Assembly (NCBI GenBank): GCA_963709585.1 | Contig: CAVPXI010000017.1 | Span: forward strand, 1 to 11,133 | Source: Candidatus Dormiibacterota bacterium | Lineage (GTDB): Bacteria; Chloroflexota; Dormibacteria; Aeolococcales; Aeolococcaceae | Length of the DNA stretch: 11,133 nucleotides | Reading direction: 5' to 3' | Part shown: in pieces, positions 1 through 8,023 of the stretch | Position numbering within the stretch: the stretch's first letter is position 1 | How the letters are laid out: every line of letters starts with the position of its first letter | Program-made: the position numbers and the translations under genes | Notes under the pieces: generated by a model | What the model was told of the DNA's origin: nothing | Database searches by the model: none | Seen by the model: only the letters and a program-made list of their open reading frames with translations

Positions 1-542
1 GCCCGCGTCGAGGTTCACCACCGCGCCCTCCGCGGCGTTGTACGCCGCCATCGGCCCGCGAGACGCCACAACACCGTACATGGAGGCGATGTTGATCACG
101 CTCGCGACGGGGGACGCGAGCAGCAGAGGCGCCATCAACCGGCACATGTCCATGACGCTGATGAGATTCACCTCGATGACCTGGCGCAGGTCGTCGAGCA
201 ACTGCTCCTCGATGGGACCGCCGTCACAGATGCCGGCGTTGTTGACCAGGCACTATCGAGGGGGGTCCGTAAGGCCGGAGACGTTCGGCCAGTGCCTGGC
301 GGTGGTGCGCGTCGGTGATGTCGCCCGTCATCGTGTCGATCCGCTCGCCGACTCGGACGCCAGCTCCTCGAAGACGGTCGCCGCGGCGGGCGGTCACCAG
401 AACGTTCGCCCCGGCCTGGTGCAACACGCGAGCAAAGCGCGCCCCGAGGCCGAGAGGCACCGGTTACCAGCGCGACCCTGCCATCCAGCCGCCATCGCAG
501 GTCAGGTGGGCGGCGCTCTGCTGTCGACCTATCGTCAGCCAT
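1..542 (-). CDS. Short-chain dehydrogenase/reductase (classical SDR), frameshifted and running off the left edge of the window
   Basis: Joining minus-strand frames gives MADDR...LDGRVALVTGAS/GLGARFARVLHQAGANVLVTARR...GDITD...LVNNAGICDGGPIEE...VIEVNL...SVINIASMYGVVASRGPMAAYNAAEGAVVNL. This contains the TGxxxGxG, NNAG, catalytic Ser and YxxxK-position motifs. The ARR after beta-2 suggests NADP(H) preference. Several indels lie at about 250-460. Confidence 0.9.
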
Positions 543-627
543 GTTGAGCGGGTGATTATCTCAGCGGTGTGCGGAACCCGGAGGACGCTCGACCAGGCGA
601 GGGCCACATCGCGACCCGCCCGCCGGC

Positions 628-851
628 CTATACCGGGTCGACGAGGAGCGTGTTCGTGTGTCCGGCGGACGCGAGCATGGCGAGGAGCCGGCGCAGGGTT
701 CCCCCGGACGGACGCCGCTGGGCCGTGCAGCTGAGCCAGATCTGGCGGTTGCGAGCCATCGCGGCCACGGGCTCACCGCAGTCGCAGAAGGGTGTCTCGC
801 GCTCGGCGCGCTCGATGAGCGCCACAATGCGGGTGTTGTCTTCGTTGTCAT
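628..851 (-). CDS. Small hypothetical protein (about 74 aa) with CxC-x16-C...H, a possible metal (Zn) binder
   Basis: ORF 628-825 reads ALIERAERETPFCDCGEPVAAMARNRQIWLSC...AGH...VDPV. A strong RBS (AAGGAG, 858-863) precedes an ATG at 851 that is one base out of frame, so the true start is probably 851 with an indel at about 840. Confidence 0.65.
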
Positions 852-868
852 TCTGGTCTCCTTCATCG

Positions 869-890
869 ATACGATGCGTTTCGTATTATA
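869..890. promoter_or_regulatory. Candidate TetR operator ATACGA-N6-TCGTAT overlapping the divergent -10 boxes
   Basis: Perfect 6-bp inverted repeat at 869-874 and 881-886, in an AT-rich gap between divergent genes. A minus-strand TATAAT lies at 885-890 and a plus-strand TATTAT at 884-889. Confidence 0.7.
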
Positions 891-898
891 GCTGAACA

Positions 899-1522
899 GT
901 GGCAACTGAGCGCTCCTCCCCGCGCCGCCGGGCCCAGCCCGCACTGCCCCGGCGCGTGGCGGCCGGCCGAGAAGCGAGCGCGCCCACCAGGCCATCCTCG
1001 CCGCAGCACGCCAGCTTCTAATCGAGAAGGGCTTCGCCGCCATGCGCCTCGAGCACGTTGCCGCCCGAGCCGGCGTAGGCAAGGCGACCATCTACCGCCG
1101 CTGGGCATCGAAAGAAGCCCTCGCCGAGGATTTGCTCACTCAGCTCGCAGAGCCGCACATCGTGATCGCCGATACGGGCAACACACGCGACGAGTTGCTC
1201 GCCGCCGTCGGTAACCCGATGCGTGCCGTCAGCGAGACGGACTTCGGGCCGGTGATCAGGGCTCTGCTGTCGCAGATCGCGAGCGACCCGTCGATCGGCG
1301 ATCCGTTTCGGGCGACCGTTGTCGGGGCTCGTCGCGCCGAGATCGCCAAGGTGATCAATCGGCGGGGTCGCGCGCGGCGACCTCCGCGCGGATGCCGACG
1401 CCGGGGTCGCGACCGAGTTGCTGGTCGGACCCGTCTATTTTCGGCTGATGTTCGGAGGTGTCCTCGACCTCGACTTCGCGGAGCGCGTCGTCGACAGCTT
1501 CATGCGCGGCTACGCGGTCTGA
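899..1522 (+). CDS. TetR/AcrR-family transcriptional regulator (about 207 aa; two compensating frameshifts)
   Basis: HTH region GRPRSERAHQAILAAARQLLIEKGFAAMRLEHVAARAGVGKATIYRRW. After a shift at about 1360 the C-terminus reads GVARGDLRADAD...ELLVGPVYFRLMFGG...FAERVVDSFMRGYAV, with TGA at 1520-1522. The probable start is GTG at 899 with a shift at about 915. Confidence 0.9.
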
Positions 1523-1532
1523 GAGGACATCC

Positions 1533-1860
1533 TTACGACTTCAAGCCCCCGGGAAGGTCACCGTCGAGGCACCAGTACCAGCGGACTCCTGGAAGTCCGA
1601 CTGGGGGTCCCTGAAGGTTCGCGGACCATGAGATCTTCCCGTGGAGATACGTCGACCCGATAAAGCTCGCCGGCGGTGCGGTGGCAGCAGGTACTTGCCG
1701 CGCCTTTGGTGTAGACGTTGCGGCGGCACCACACGCGCTCGCAACCAGCGCGATGGTCAGGCACAAGGGCAACCAGCCGGCCCGCCGCAGCCCTAACCGG
1801 CTCTCCGAGATGATCGGGTTCGGGTGGTCGCGGACTCGCTTGCGATCAAACAAGGCTCAT
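1533..1860 (-). CDS. Small putative lipoprotein (about 106-108 aa)
   Basis: ORF 1533-1853 has a basic N-region, a hydrophobic stretch and the lipobox-like LTIALVASA-C, then an Ala/Thr/Pro linker and an aromatic C-terminal segment. GGAGGTG precedes an ATG at 1860 that is one base out of frame. Confidence 0.55.
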
Positions 1861-2016
1861 GACGAGGCCCTTCACCTCCCGAGCGCTCATGGTCCGGCAC
1901 ATCTTAGACGCGTCGTCCCGGTAGCGTTGCCCTCTCCTTCAATGCCGGTGGCCTCCCCTTGATGATCGCGAGGCTGCCTCGGCGCCTACGCTGTGAAGCG
2001 CCGGCGTGTCCGCGGT

Positions 2017-2634
2017 CTAGCGACCAAGGTCACGCCCCTGATCGACGAGGGCGAGCCGCGCCAACCGCTGCAGCGCCGGCACCACACCGTCGGCTCGGTC
2101 GTCGGCGATCACGTCATAGGTGGCGAAGCTCGTCAGCATCTGCAGCAGGTCGATCTTTTCCTTCAGCACCGAGGGTGACCAGGCGGCCGCGTGCGGGAAA
2201 CGGCCCGCGATCACCTCGAGCATCTGGCGTCGTCGTTCGTCGCGGAACACCCCCGCCAGCTCCGGATCAAGGACGGCCATGGCACGGAGACGCCGAATGA
2301 TCAGCCGCTCCGACGCCCAGAAGCGGCAAAAGATCGCGATGACATCGGCGAGCGCCTCGTCGGGCGACTGTTTCTGCATGGCCGCCGGCACGTCCTGCAT
2401 ACCCCCACGCATCGCCAGGTCATCGAGGATCGCCTCGAGCAGCGCCGCCCGCGAGCCGAGCTGGTAGTAGACGGTCATCCGCGAGAGGCCGGCCTTGCGG
2501 GCAACCGCGTCGACGGTGAAATCGGCGGGGTGATCGGGGGTGCTGAGCAGGTCGCGGGCAGCGGCGACGATCCGGGCACGGGTGGATTCGCCGGCGATCT
2601 GGCGCTGACCGGCGCGGTAAGGGCGGGGACTCAT
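2017..2634 (-). CDS. TetR/AcrR-family transcriptional regulator (205 aa)
   Basis: Intact ORF with N-terminal MSPRPY...TRARIVAAARDLL...FTVDAVARKAGLSRMTVYYQLGSRAALL HTH. It is divergent from the MFS gene. Confidence 0.93.
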   Translation of the reverse strand: MSPRPYRAGQRQIAGESTRARIVAAARDLLSTPDHPADFTVDAVARKAGLSRMTVYYQLGSRAALLEAILDDLAMRGGMQDVPAAMQKQSPDEALADVIAIFCRFWASERLIIRRLRAMAVLDPELAGVFRDERRRQMLEVIAGRFPHAAAWSPSVLKEKIDLLQMLTSFATYDVIADDRADGVVPALQRLARLALVDQGRDLGR

Positions 2635-2638
2635 CGGC

Positions 2639-2694
2639 TTGACACCCTTATTTCCATGGAGCTAAATTGTACGGCATGTTCAAACACTGTGTAA
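2639..2694. promoter_or_regulatory. Overlapping divergent sigma70-type promoters with candidate TetR operators
   Basis: Plus strand: TTGACA (2639-2644)-N18-TAAATT (2663-2668). Minus strand: TTACAC (2694-2689)-N17-TACAAT (2671-2666). Palindromes: TTGTAC-N5-GTTCAA (2667-2683, one mismatch) and ACAC-T-GTGT (2684-2692). Confidence 0.6.
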
Positions 2695-2759
2695 GTCATC
2701 GCCCCCGGATGGAGCGGGCCTGATCCCGCGTGGGCGACGGACACGAGGAGACGTAGCCC

Positions 2760-4300
2760 ATGAGCGACGCACTTCGCACGACGTCAAGTCGGAACGACCT
2801 TGACATGGGTCATTTCGTTGGAACGGTGCCGGCATCCGCGCCGGACGGCCGTCGCTGGACCTCGCTCATCTTCATCGCGCTTGCCCAGCTGATGGTGGCG
2901 CTCGACGCCGCCATCGTCAGCATCGCCCTGCCGTCGGCCCAGATGGCGCTGCACGTCACCGACGCCGAGCGCCAGTGGGTGATCACCGCGTACACGCTGG
3001 CATTCGGTGGCTTGCTCCTGCTCGGTGGCCGTATCGGCGACCAGCTTGGGCGCAAGCGCACCTTTGTCCTGGGCCTCGCGGGATTCGCCGTGGCATCGGC
3101 CCTCGGCGGCTCGGCTCTCAACTTTGGAATGCTCATCGGCGCACGTGCGCTGCAGGGGGCGTTTGCGGCCCTGCTGACGCCGACAGCGTTGTCCCTGCTG
3201 GCGGTGACATTCACCGAGCCGCGCGAGCGTGCCAAAGCGTTCGCCGTCTACGGCAGCATCGCCGGGAGCGGCGCTGCGGTCGGTCTGCTCCTGGGTGGCG
3301 TGCTCACACAGTACTTCTATGGCGTTGGTGCCTGTTCGTCAATCTCCCGATCGCCGCGGTCGCGGCAGTTGGCGGATGGATGGTCCTGAGCGATGCCGGG
3401 GCACCGCGTCGCGGTCGCCTCGATATCGCGGGCGTCGCATTTGCCAGCGGCGGACTGGTTGCACTGGTATTCGCCTGCACCGAGGCGGTCACTCAAGGAT
3501 GGGGCTCTGTGATCGTTATCGGAGCCCTCGTCGTGAGTGCGGTGCTCTTGACCGTGTTCGTGATCTGGCAGCGTCATGCGACCAACCCGCTGCTGCCGCT
3601 GCGAATCGTGGCGGATCGCAACCGCGGCGGCTCGTACCTGGCGGTCCTCCTGACCATCGCGGGCATGTTCGGCGCGTTCCTCTTTCTCACCTACTACATG
3701 CAGGTCGTGCTCGGGTACTCGCCACTCCAGGCGGGACTTGCGTTCCTCCCGCTGACCGTCGCCTCGCAGTTCGGTTCATGGGCGATTGCCAGCCGGCTGA
3801 TGCCGCATGTCCCTGCGAGAGCACTGATGGTCCCCGGCCTGCTGGCTGCCGCCGCCGGCATGGCGCTCTTGACGCAGCTGCAGGTCGGCAGCGATTTCGT
3901 GTCGCACATCCTCCCCGCCGAGGTGCTGCTCGGCGCAGGCATCGCCTGCGTGATGGTGCCTGCCTTCAGCACCGGCACCCTCGGTGTCGATCCGCGCGAG
4001 GCCGGCGTCGCCGCGGCGACTGTCAATACCGCATCACAGATTGGCGCATCCATCGGGACGGCGCTGCTCAACACCATCGCTGCGAGTGCAACCGTTGCGT
4101 ACTTCTCGGTGCACGGGCCTGGAGCAGCGGGTCGAGCCGCGGGTCTCGTCCATGGCTATTCCGTGGCCACGGCATGGGGGACGGGGATCTTCATCCTGGC
4201 CGCACTGATCGTCGCCGTCATGGTCAACGCAGACAAGCCGTCGGCACGCGGCGAAACACTCAGCAAGACCCGGCCGCAGCCTGCCCGTGAGAAGGGCTAG
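2760..4300 (+). CDS. MFS drug:H+ antiporter, DHA2 (EmrB/QacA-type, about 513 aa; one frameshift at about 3318)
   Basis: AGGAG RBS. Motifs LDAAIVSIALP, WVITAYTLAFGGLLLLGGRIGDQLGRKR (motif A) and ARALQG. After the shift it continues WRWCLFVNLPI...PLLPLRI...YYMQVVLGYSPLQAG...QIGASIG to TAG at 4300. Confidence 0.93.
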
Positions 4301-4372
4301 ACTGCGCGATGCCCTGCGGGGCGTGTCGTACTCAACAGCTGGGAGATCTCCGACCAGCGCCAGGGGGAAGTG

Positions 4373-5673
4373 ATGGAAGCTACAAAAACTCTCCGGGTCG
4401 TGCTTGCAGCTGGGCTGCTCGCCGGCGCCGGTGTCGCTCAAAACCTCGGCGGCGCCTCGGTCAGTGCGGCCGACCGAGGGGCGCTCTTCGTCTCGCCCCT
4501 CGGATCCCCCAGCAATTCGGGGAAATCGTGCGACACGGCCCAGTTCACGACCATACAGTCGGCGGTGCTTGCGGCCCCGAATGGGCCACCGTGGTTGTGT
4601 GCAAAGGCACGTACACGGAGGACGTTGTGGTCTCCTCGCCGCTCAGCCTGGAGGGCCGCGACGCCACAATCAAAGGAACTGCCACGACGACGTTCGTGTG
4701 CGATCAACTGGGACCCATGGGCCCAGGTGTGGCTCCCTGCCTCGCGGGCCTGACCATCAGGAGCTCGCACGTCTCGGTTGAGGGCTTCACGGTCACGGGC
4801 GCTATCGGCGAGGGCATCCTTGCCTCCGGCACGCTCGCCGGCCACTCGATCAGCCACGTGTCCATCAAGGACAACCGGGTGGTTGGTAACAACCTGGGCG
4901 GGATTCCGCCGTCGCCCAGCTCGCCCTATCCGCAGTGCGCGGCGAACGGCCAGATCCCCGGGGACTGCGGTGAGGGCATCCACCTCATGGGCGTCGCCGA
5001 CGCCGTCGTGGCCGGCAACCATGTGAGCGGCAACGAGGGCGGCATCCTCCTTACCGATGAGTTCGGCCCGACGCACGGCAACCTCATTCAGGACAACACG
5101 ATCACAGGGAATCCCTTCGACTGTGGCGTGACCGTCCCTGGACACAACCCGTTTGCGCTGGACGCGAGCGGCAATCCGCAGCCCTCGGTCGCGGGCGTGT
5201 ACAACAACACCATTCGTGACAATCGCATCACGGACAACGGTTTGCTAGGAGAAGGCGCCGGCGTGCTCTTCGCCAATGCAGGTCCTGGAACTGCCTCTTA
5301 CGACAACCTCGTCGAGGACAACTACATCGCCGGCAATCAGTTGTCGGGTGTGACCATGCATGCGCACACGCTTCCCCCTGGGATGTTCGAGGACCTCAAC
5401 GGCAACCGAATCATCGACAACGTGATCGGCCGCAACAACGTCGGCAGCCCGGCGGTGCCCGGCGACCCGCTCGATGGCCCGCCCGCACAGGACTTTCTCA
5501 CCACGGGCATCCTGGTGTTCTCCGGCACCGTGCCGGTGCACGTGACGATCTGGAACAACGTGATCTTCGATGATCATTACGGCATATGGCTCGGGGTCAA
5601 CGGCAACGTGACGGTGTCGCGGCACGGCAACTCGTTTCGAGACGTCACCACGCATGTCTTCACCTTCAGCTGA
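4373..5673 (+). CDS. Secreted right-handed parallel beta-helix protein (pectin-lyase-like/NosD-like fold, about 433 aa; one frameshift at about 4585)
   Basis: The signal peptide MEATKTLRVVLAAGLLAGAG... is in the 4370 ORF and is followed by LFVSP...FTTIQSAV..APNG/ATVVVCKGTYTEDV, a typical beta-helix cap. Asn-ladder repeats follow: IKDNRVVGN, VAGNHVSGN, IQDNTITGN, IRDNRITDN, VEDNYIAGN, IIDNVIGRN, IWNNVIFDD. Confidence 0.88.
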
Positions 5674-5696
5674 GTAGTTCGTCACCGATGACATCC

Positions 5697-5731
5697 GTCG
5701 ATCCCCGCCGGGTTGCCCGGTGGGGGTCGGC
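5697..5731 (+). terminator. GC-rich stem-loop downstream of the beta-helix gene
   Basis: GATCCCCGCCGGG-ttg-CCCGGTGGGGGTC (5700-5728) forms a 13-bp stem with two G:U pairs that form only on the plus-strand transcript. There is no U-tract. Confidence 0.55.
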
Positions 5732-5759
5732 ACCGGGAGTAAGACGGATCGCACCCGCA

Positions 5760-5787
5760 GGCGGCGGATCCCGCCGGATCCGCCGCC
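5760..5787. terminator. Perfect 12-bp hairpin, probable terminator for the 70-aa gene or bidirectional
   Basis: GGCGGCGGATCC-cgcc-GGATCCGCCGCC, 17 nt after the stop of the minus-strand ORF and between convergent genes. Confidence 0.65.
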
Positions 5788-5804
5788 CGTTGAAATAGGG
5801 TCGG

Positions 5805-6017
5805 TCAGAGCCCTGGAATATAACCAAAGGTGGTCCGAGCTTCTCCAAAGTAGCTGCTCGCCGCCGGATGGGATGCCTGGTGCGCAGCGTCCAATGCGTC
5901 GCGCGAGGGCGCCGCTGCCGCGGTGCCGCCGGCCAGGAGCGCTGCCGCCACGACGGCGACGAAGCCGGCAACGACACGCCGCGTCGTCCGGTTCCAACCC
6001 ATGTAGATCGCGTCCAT
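5805..6017 (-). CDS. Small secreted peptide (70 aa, signal peptide plus about 35 aa mature part)
   Basis: GGAGG RBS (6025-6029) lies 7 nt before the ATG. Basic N-region NRTTRR, hydrophobic VVAGFVAVVAAALLAGG and an AxA cleavage site. A hairpin follows the stop. Confidence 0.65.
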   Translation of the reverse strand: MDAIYMGWNRTTRRVVAGFVAVVAAALLAGGTAAAAPSRDALDAAHQASHPAASSYFGEARTTFGYIPGL

Positions 6018-6092
6018 TTCAGGACCTCCACGCGGGCCCGACCCTGTCAGGTCAGTCGACCCACAACCGTAGGGCGCGAAAAGTCCCCTAGC

Positions 6093-6115
6093 GGTGCGAG
6101 CCGGCGCCTCGCACC
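6093..6115 (-). terminator. Hairpin just downstream of the ndh stop
   Basis: GGTGCGAG-N7-CTCGCACC, an 8-bp perfect stem 12 nt past the stop at 6128. There is no U-tract. Confidence 0.4.
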
Positions 6116-6127
6116 TTCATCTGTCGG

Positions 6128-7396
6128 TCAAAACTCATCGCGCCGAGAGTCGGCTGACGCGGCGACGATGAGGCGCACCGGTCGATCCCAAAAGAAGTAG
6201 TTCCACGCCCAGGTCACGAGCGCCAGTGCCCGGCTGCGAAACCCCACCAGGTAGAGGAGGTGCACGAAGATCCACAGGAACCAGCCGACCAGTCCGTTGA
6301 TGTGCAGGGGGCCGATCTGTGCCACGGCGGCGCCGCGACCCACGGTCGCCATGGTGCCCTTGTCGTGATAGCGGAAGCGCGGTATATCCTCGCCCTTGAC
6401 GCGCGCGGCGATCGCCCGTCCGACATAGGTGCCACCCTGGATCGCCACCGGGGCAAGCATCGGGAGGACTGCACCCGCCTGCTCGACAGCCGCTGCGTCG
6501 CCGATCACGAACACCTCGGGGTGGCTTCTGAGGTGGAGCGTGGGCGTCACCCGAATGCGCCCGCCTCGAGCCAGGGCAGCGTCGCCGAGGTCGAGAGGAG
6601 GAGCGGCGCGAACGCCGGCGGTCCAGACCACCGTGCTTGCCTCGATGCGTTCGCCGCCCTGGAGCAGCAGCCCTGACTCGTCGACGTCGCGCACCGAGTC
6701 GCCGAGAATGATGCGAACGCCCTTGCGCTCCAGTGAGCGCGCCGCAAGGCGGCTCAGGCGGGGGGCGAAACTCGCCAGAACACGATCCCCGGCCTCGATC
6801 AGCACCACGGACACCTCGGCGAAGTCGATCCGCCGGTAGTCCTTCGGCAAGACGTGATTGATCAGCTCGGCCACGGCACCGGAGTACTCGACACCGGTCG
6901 GGCCGGCCCCGACGACAGCGAATGTCAGCAACCGGCGGCGCGTGGCCGCGTCATCGGTGAGACTTGCCTTTTCGAAGCAGGCCAGGAGGCGGGAACGAAG
7001 CGCGAGTGCCTCGCCAAGGTCCTTCAGCCCGATGCTCTGCTTGCGTGCGTGCTCGTTCCCGAAGTAGTCGGTCACGCTGCCCGAGGCGAGGATCAGGTAG
7101 TCGTAATCGAGCACGACCGCCGAGGTGGTCACACGGCGGCGCTCGAGGTCGACGCGTGTGACATCGGCGCGTAAAACGTCGACGTTTCGAGCCCTGCGCA
7201 CGATTGTGCGAACCGGGCTTGCGATCGCGGAAGGATCGAGAAGCCCCGATGCCACCTGGTACAGCAGGGGCTGAAAGAGGTGGTAGTTGTTGCGATCCAC
7301 GATCGTGACGTCCACTTCGACGTGGCGAAGGGCGCGCGCTGCGGCGAGGCCGCCGAATCCGGCGCCGACGATCACGACACGTGGATGCTGGGCCAT
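6128..7396 (-). CDS. ndh: Type II NADH:quinone oxidoreductase (NDH-2), 422 aa
   Basis: AGGGAG RBS before the ATG at 7396. Motifs VVIVGAGFGGL (FAD), NYHLFQPLLYQVA, YDYLILASGS, VVGAGPTGVEYSG (NADH), VWTAGV, VFVIGD, APVAIQ at the quinone-site motif, FRYHDKGTMATVGR, and the amphipathic C-terminal GWFLWIFVHL. Confidence 0.95.
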   Translation of the reverse strand: MAQHPRVVIVGAGFGGLAAARALRHVEVDVTIVDRNNYHLFQPLLYQVASGLLDPSAIASPVRTIVRRARNVDVLRADVTRVDLERRRVTTSAVVLDYDYLILASGSVTDYFGNEHARKQSIGLKDLGEALALRSRLLACFEKASLTDDAATRRRLLTFAVVGAGPTGVEYSGAVAELINHVLPKDYRRIDFAEVSVVLIEAGDRVLASFAPRLSRLAARSLERKGVRIILGDSVRDVDESGLLLQGGERIEASTVVWTAGVRAAPPLDLGDAALARGGRIRVTPTLHLRSHPEVFVIGDAAAVEQAGAVLPMLAPVAIQGGTYVGRAIAARVKGEDIPRFRYHDKGTMATVGRGAAVAQIGPLHINGLVGWFLWIFVHLLYLVGFRSRALALVTWAWNYFFWDRPVRLIVAASADSRRDEF

Positions 7397-7488
7397 GTGC
7401 TCCCTGCGGTTGCAGTATTCCCTCAAGCAACCGCGATTATCCGCGGGTGGCGACCGTCGACCATCGATGCGGTCACCGGCAAAGAGAT

Positions 7489-7517
7489 TTGACAAGTGAC
7501 CTGATTTCCTGCATAAT
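7489..7517 (+). promoter_or_regulatory. Near-consensus sigma70/SigA promoter upstream of the usp gene
   Basis: TTGACA (7489-7494)-N17-CATAAT (7512-7517) in an AT-richer divergent intergenic region. A GAGG lies upstream of the start at 7557. Confidence 0.75.
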
Positions 7518-7556
7518 CGTCACCAGTGAAGCGAGTTTGATGGTGAGGTACGTGGA

Positions 7557-7979
7557 ATGAACTGGGTGGTCACCACGATCGTCGTTCCCTCCGACGGCTC
7601 GACCGCGGCGGAGCCGCAACTCGCATCCGCTCGAGCGATCGCACGGGCGACCGGCGCGCGGATCGTCGTGGCGCATGTCAACGAGCTCGTGCGTGGTCAC
7701 CTGGCTACGCACTCCCTGCATGCGTGCGAACAACTGCTGGAGTTGACAGTGCGCCAGCAGGTCGAGGCGCTCCAGAGTGCTGGCGTACGAGCCGAGCTCG
7801 CGAGCGTGGCCACCACCGGGGAGATCTCGCGGGCGATCGCCAACCTCGCACGCGAGCACGCAGCGGATCTCATCGTCACCAGAAGCCAACGGCGTGGGCC
7901 GCTGCCCAGGTGGCCGTTCCGCAGTGTTTCACGCCGACTGATCCGGCTCGCTCCGTGCCCCGTTCTGGTTGTGTCCTGA
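7557..7979 (+). CDS. Universal stress protein (single Usp domain, 140 aa)
   Basis: TIVVPSDGS...A..IARATGARIVVAHV...GEISRAIANLAREHAADLIV...SVSRRLIRLAPCPVLVV matches the UspA-family pattern. Confidence 0.92.
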   Translation: MNWVVTTIVVPSDGSTAAEPQLASARAIARATGARIVVAHVNELVRGHLATHSLHACEQLLELTVRQQVEALQSAGVRAELASVATTGEISRAIANLAREHAADLIVTRSQRRGPLPRWPFRSVSRRLIRLAPCPVLVVS

Positions 7980-8023
7980 TCAGCGAGAACGCGGCTGACA
8001 GCGGCGGTGCATGATCACCGCGC

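Noticed and set aside
2699-2740. Possible structured 5' leader or riboswitch before the MFS gene
   Set aside because: Only short GC stems (TCGCCC/GGGCGA and GCGGG/CCCGC), expected by chance at this GC content. No recognisable aptamer.
3229-4290. 353-aa alternative-frame ORF over the MFS gene, and similar long Arg/Pro-rich ORFs (38-547, 561-1091, 4438-5145, 5245-5997)
   Set aside because: Shadow ORFs expected in high-GC DNA. They have no motifs and overlap well-supported genes.
4342-4351. 10-bp palindrome GGAGATCTCC upstream of the beta-helix gene
   Set aside because: Single, short, and without supporting promoter context.
4309-4585. Cys/Arg-rich N-terminus of the 454-aa ORF
   Set aside because: Wrong frame. 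The real N-terminus, with signal peptide and beta-helix cap, is in the 4370/4373 frame before the frameshift.
4373-5673. NosD (nitrous oxide reductase maturation) assignment
   Set aside because: Only the fold is shared. There are no nosZ, nosF, nosY or nosL genes in the window.
5674-5804. Two hairpins considered as a REP/MITE, CRISPR or sRNA element
   Set aside because: The hairpins are not copies of each other, and there is no repeat-spacer periodicity or target-site duplication. Convergent terminators explain them.
7397-7495. 33-aa N-terminal extension of NDH-2 in the ORF track
   Set aside because: The ATG at 7396 has an AGGGAG RBS and directly precedes the FAD-binding motif. The extension would run into the divergent promoter.
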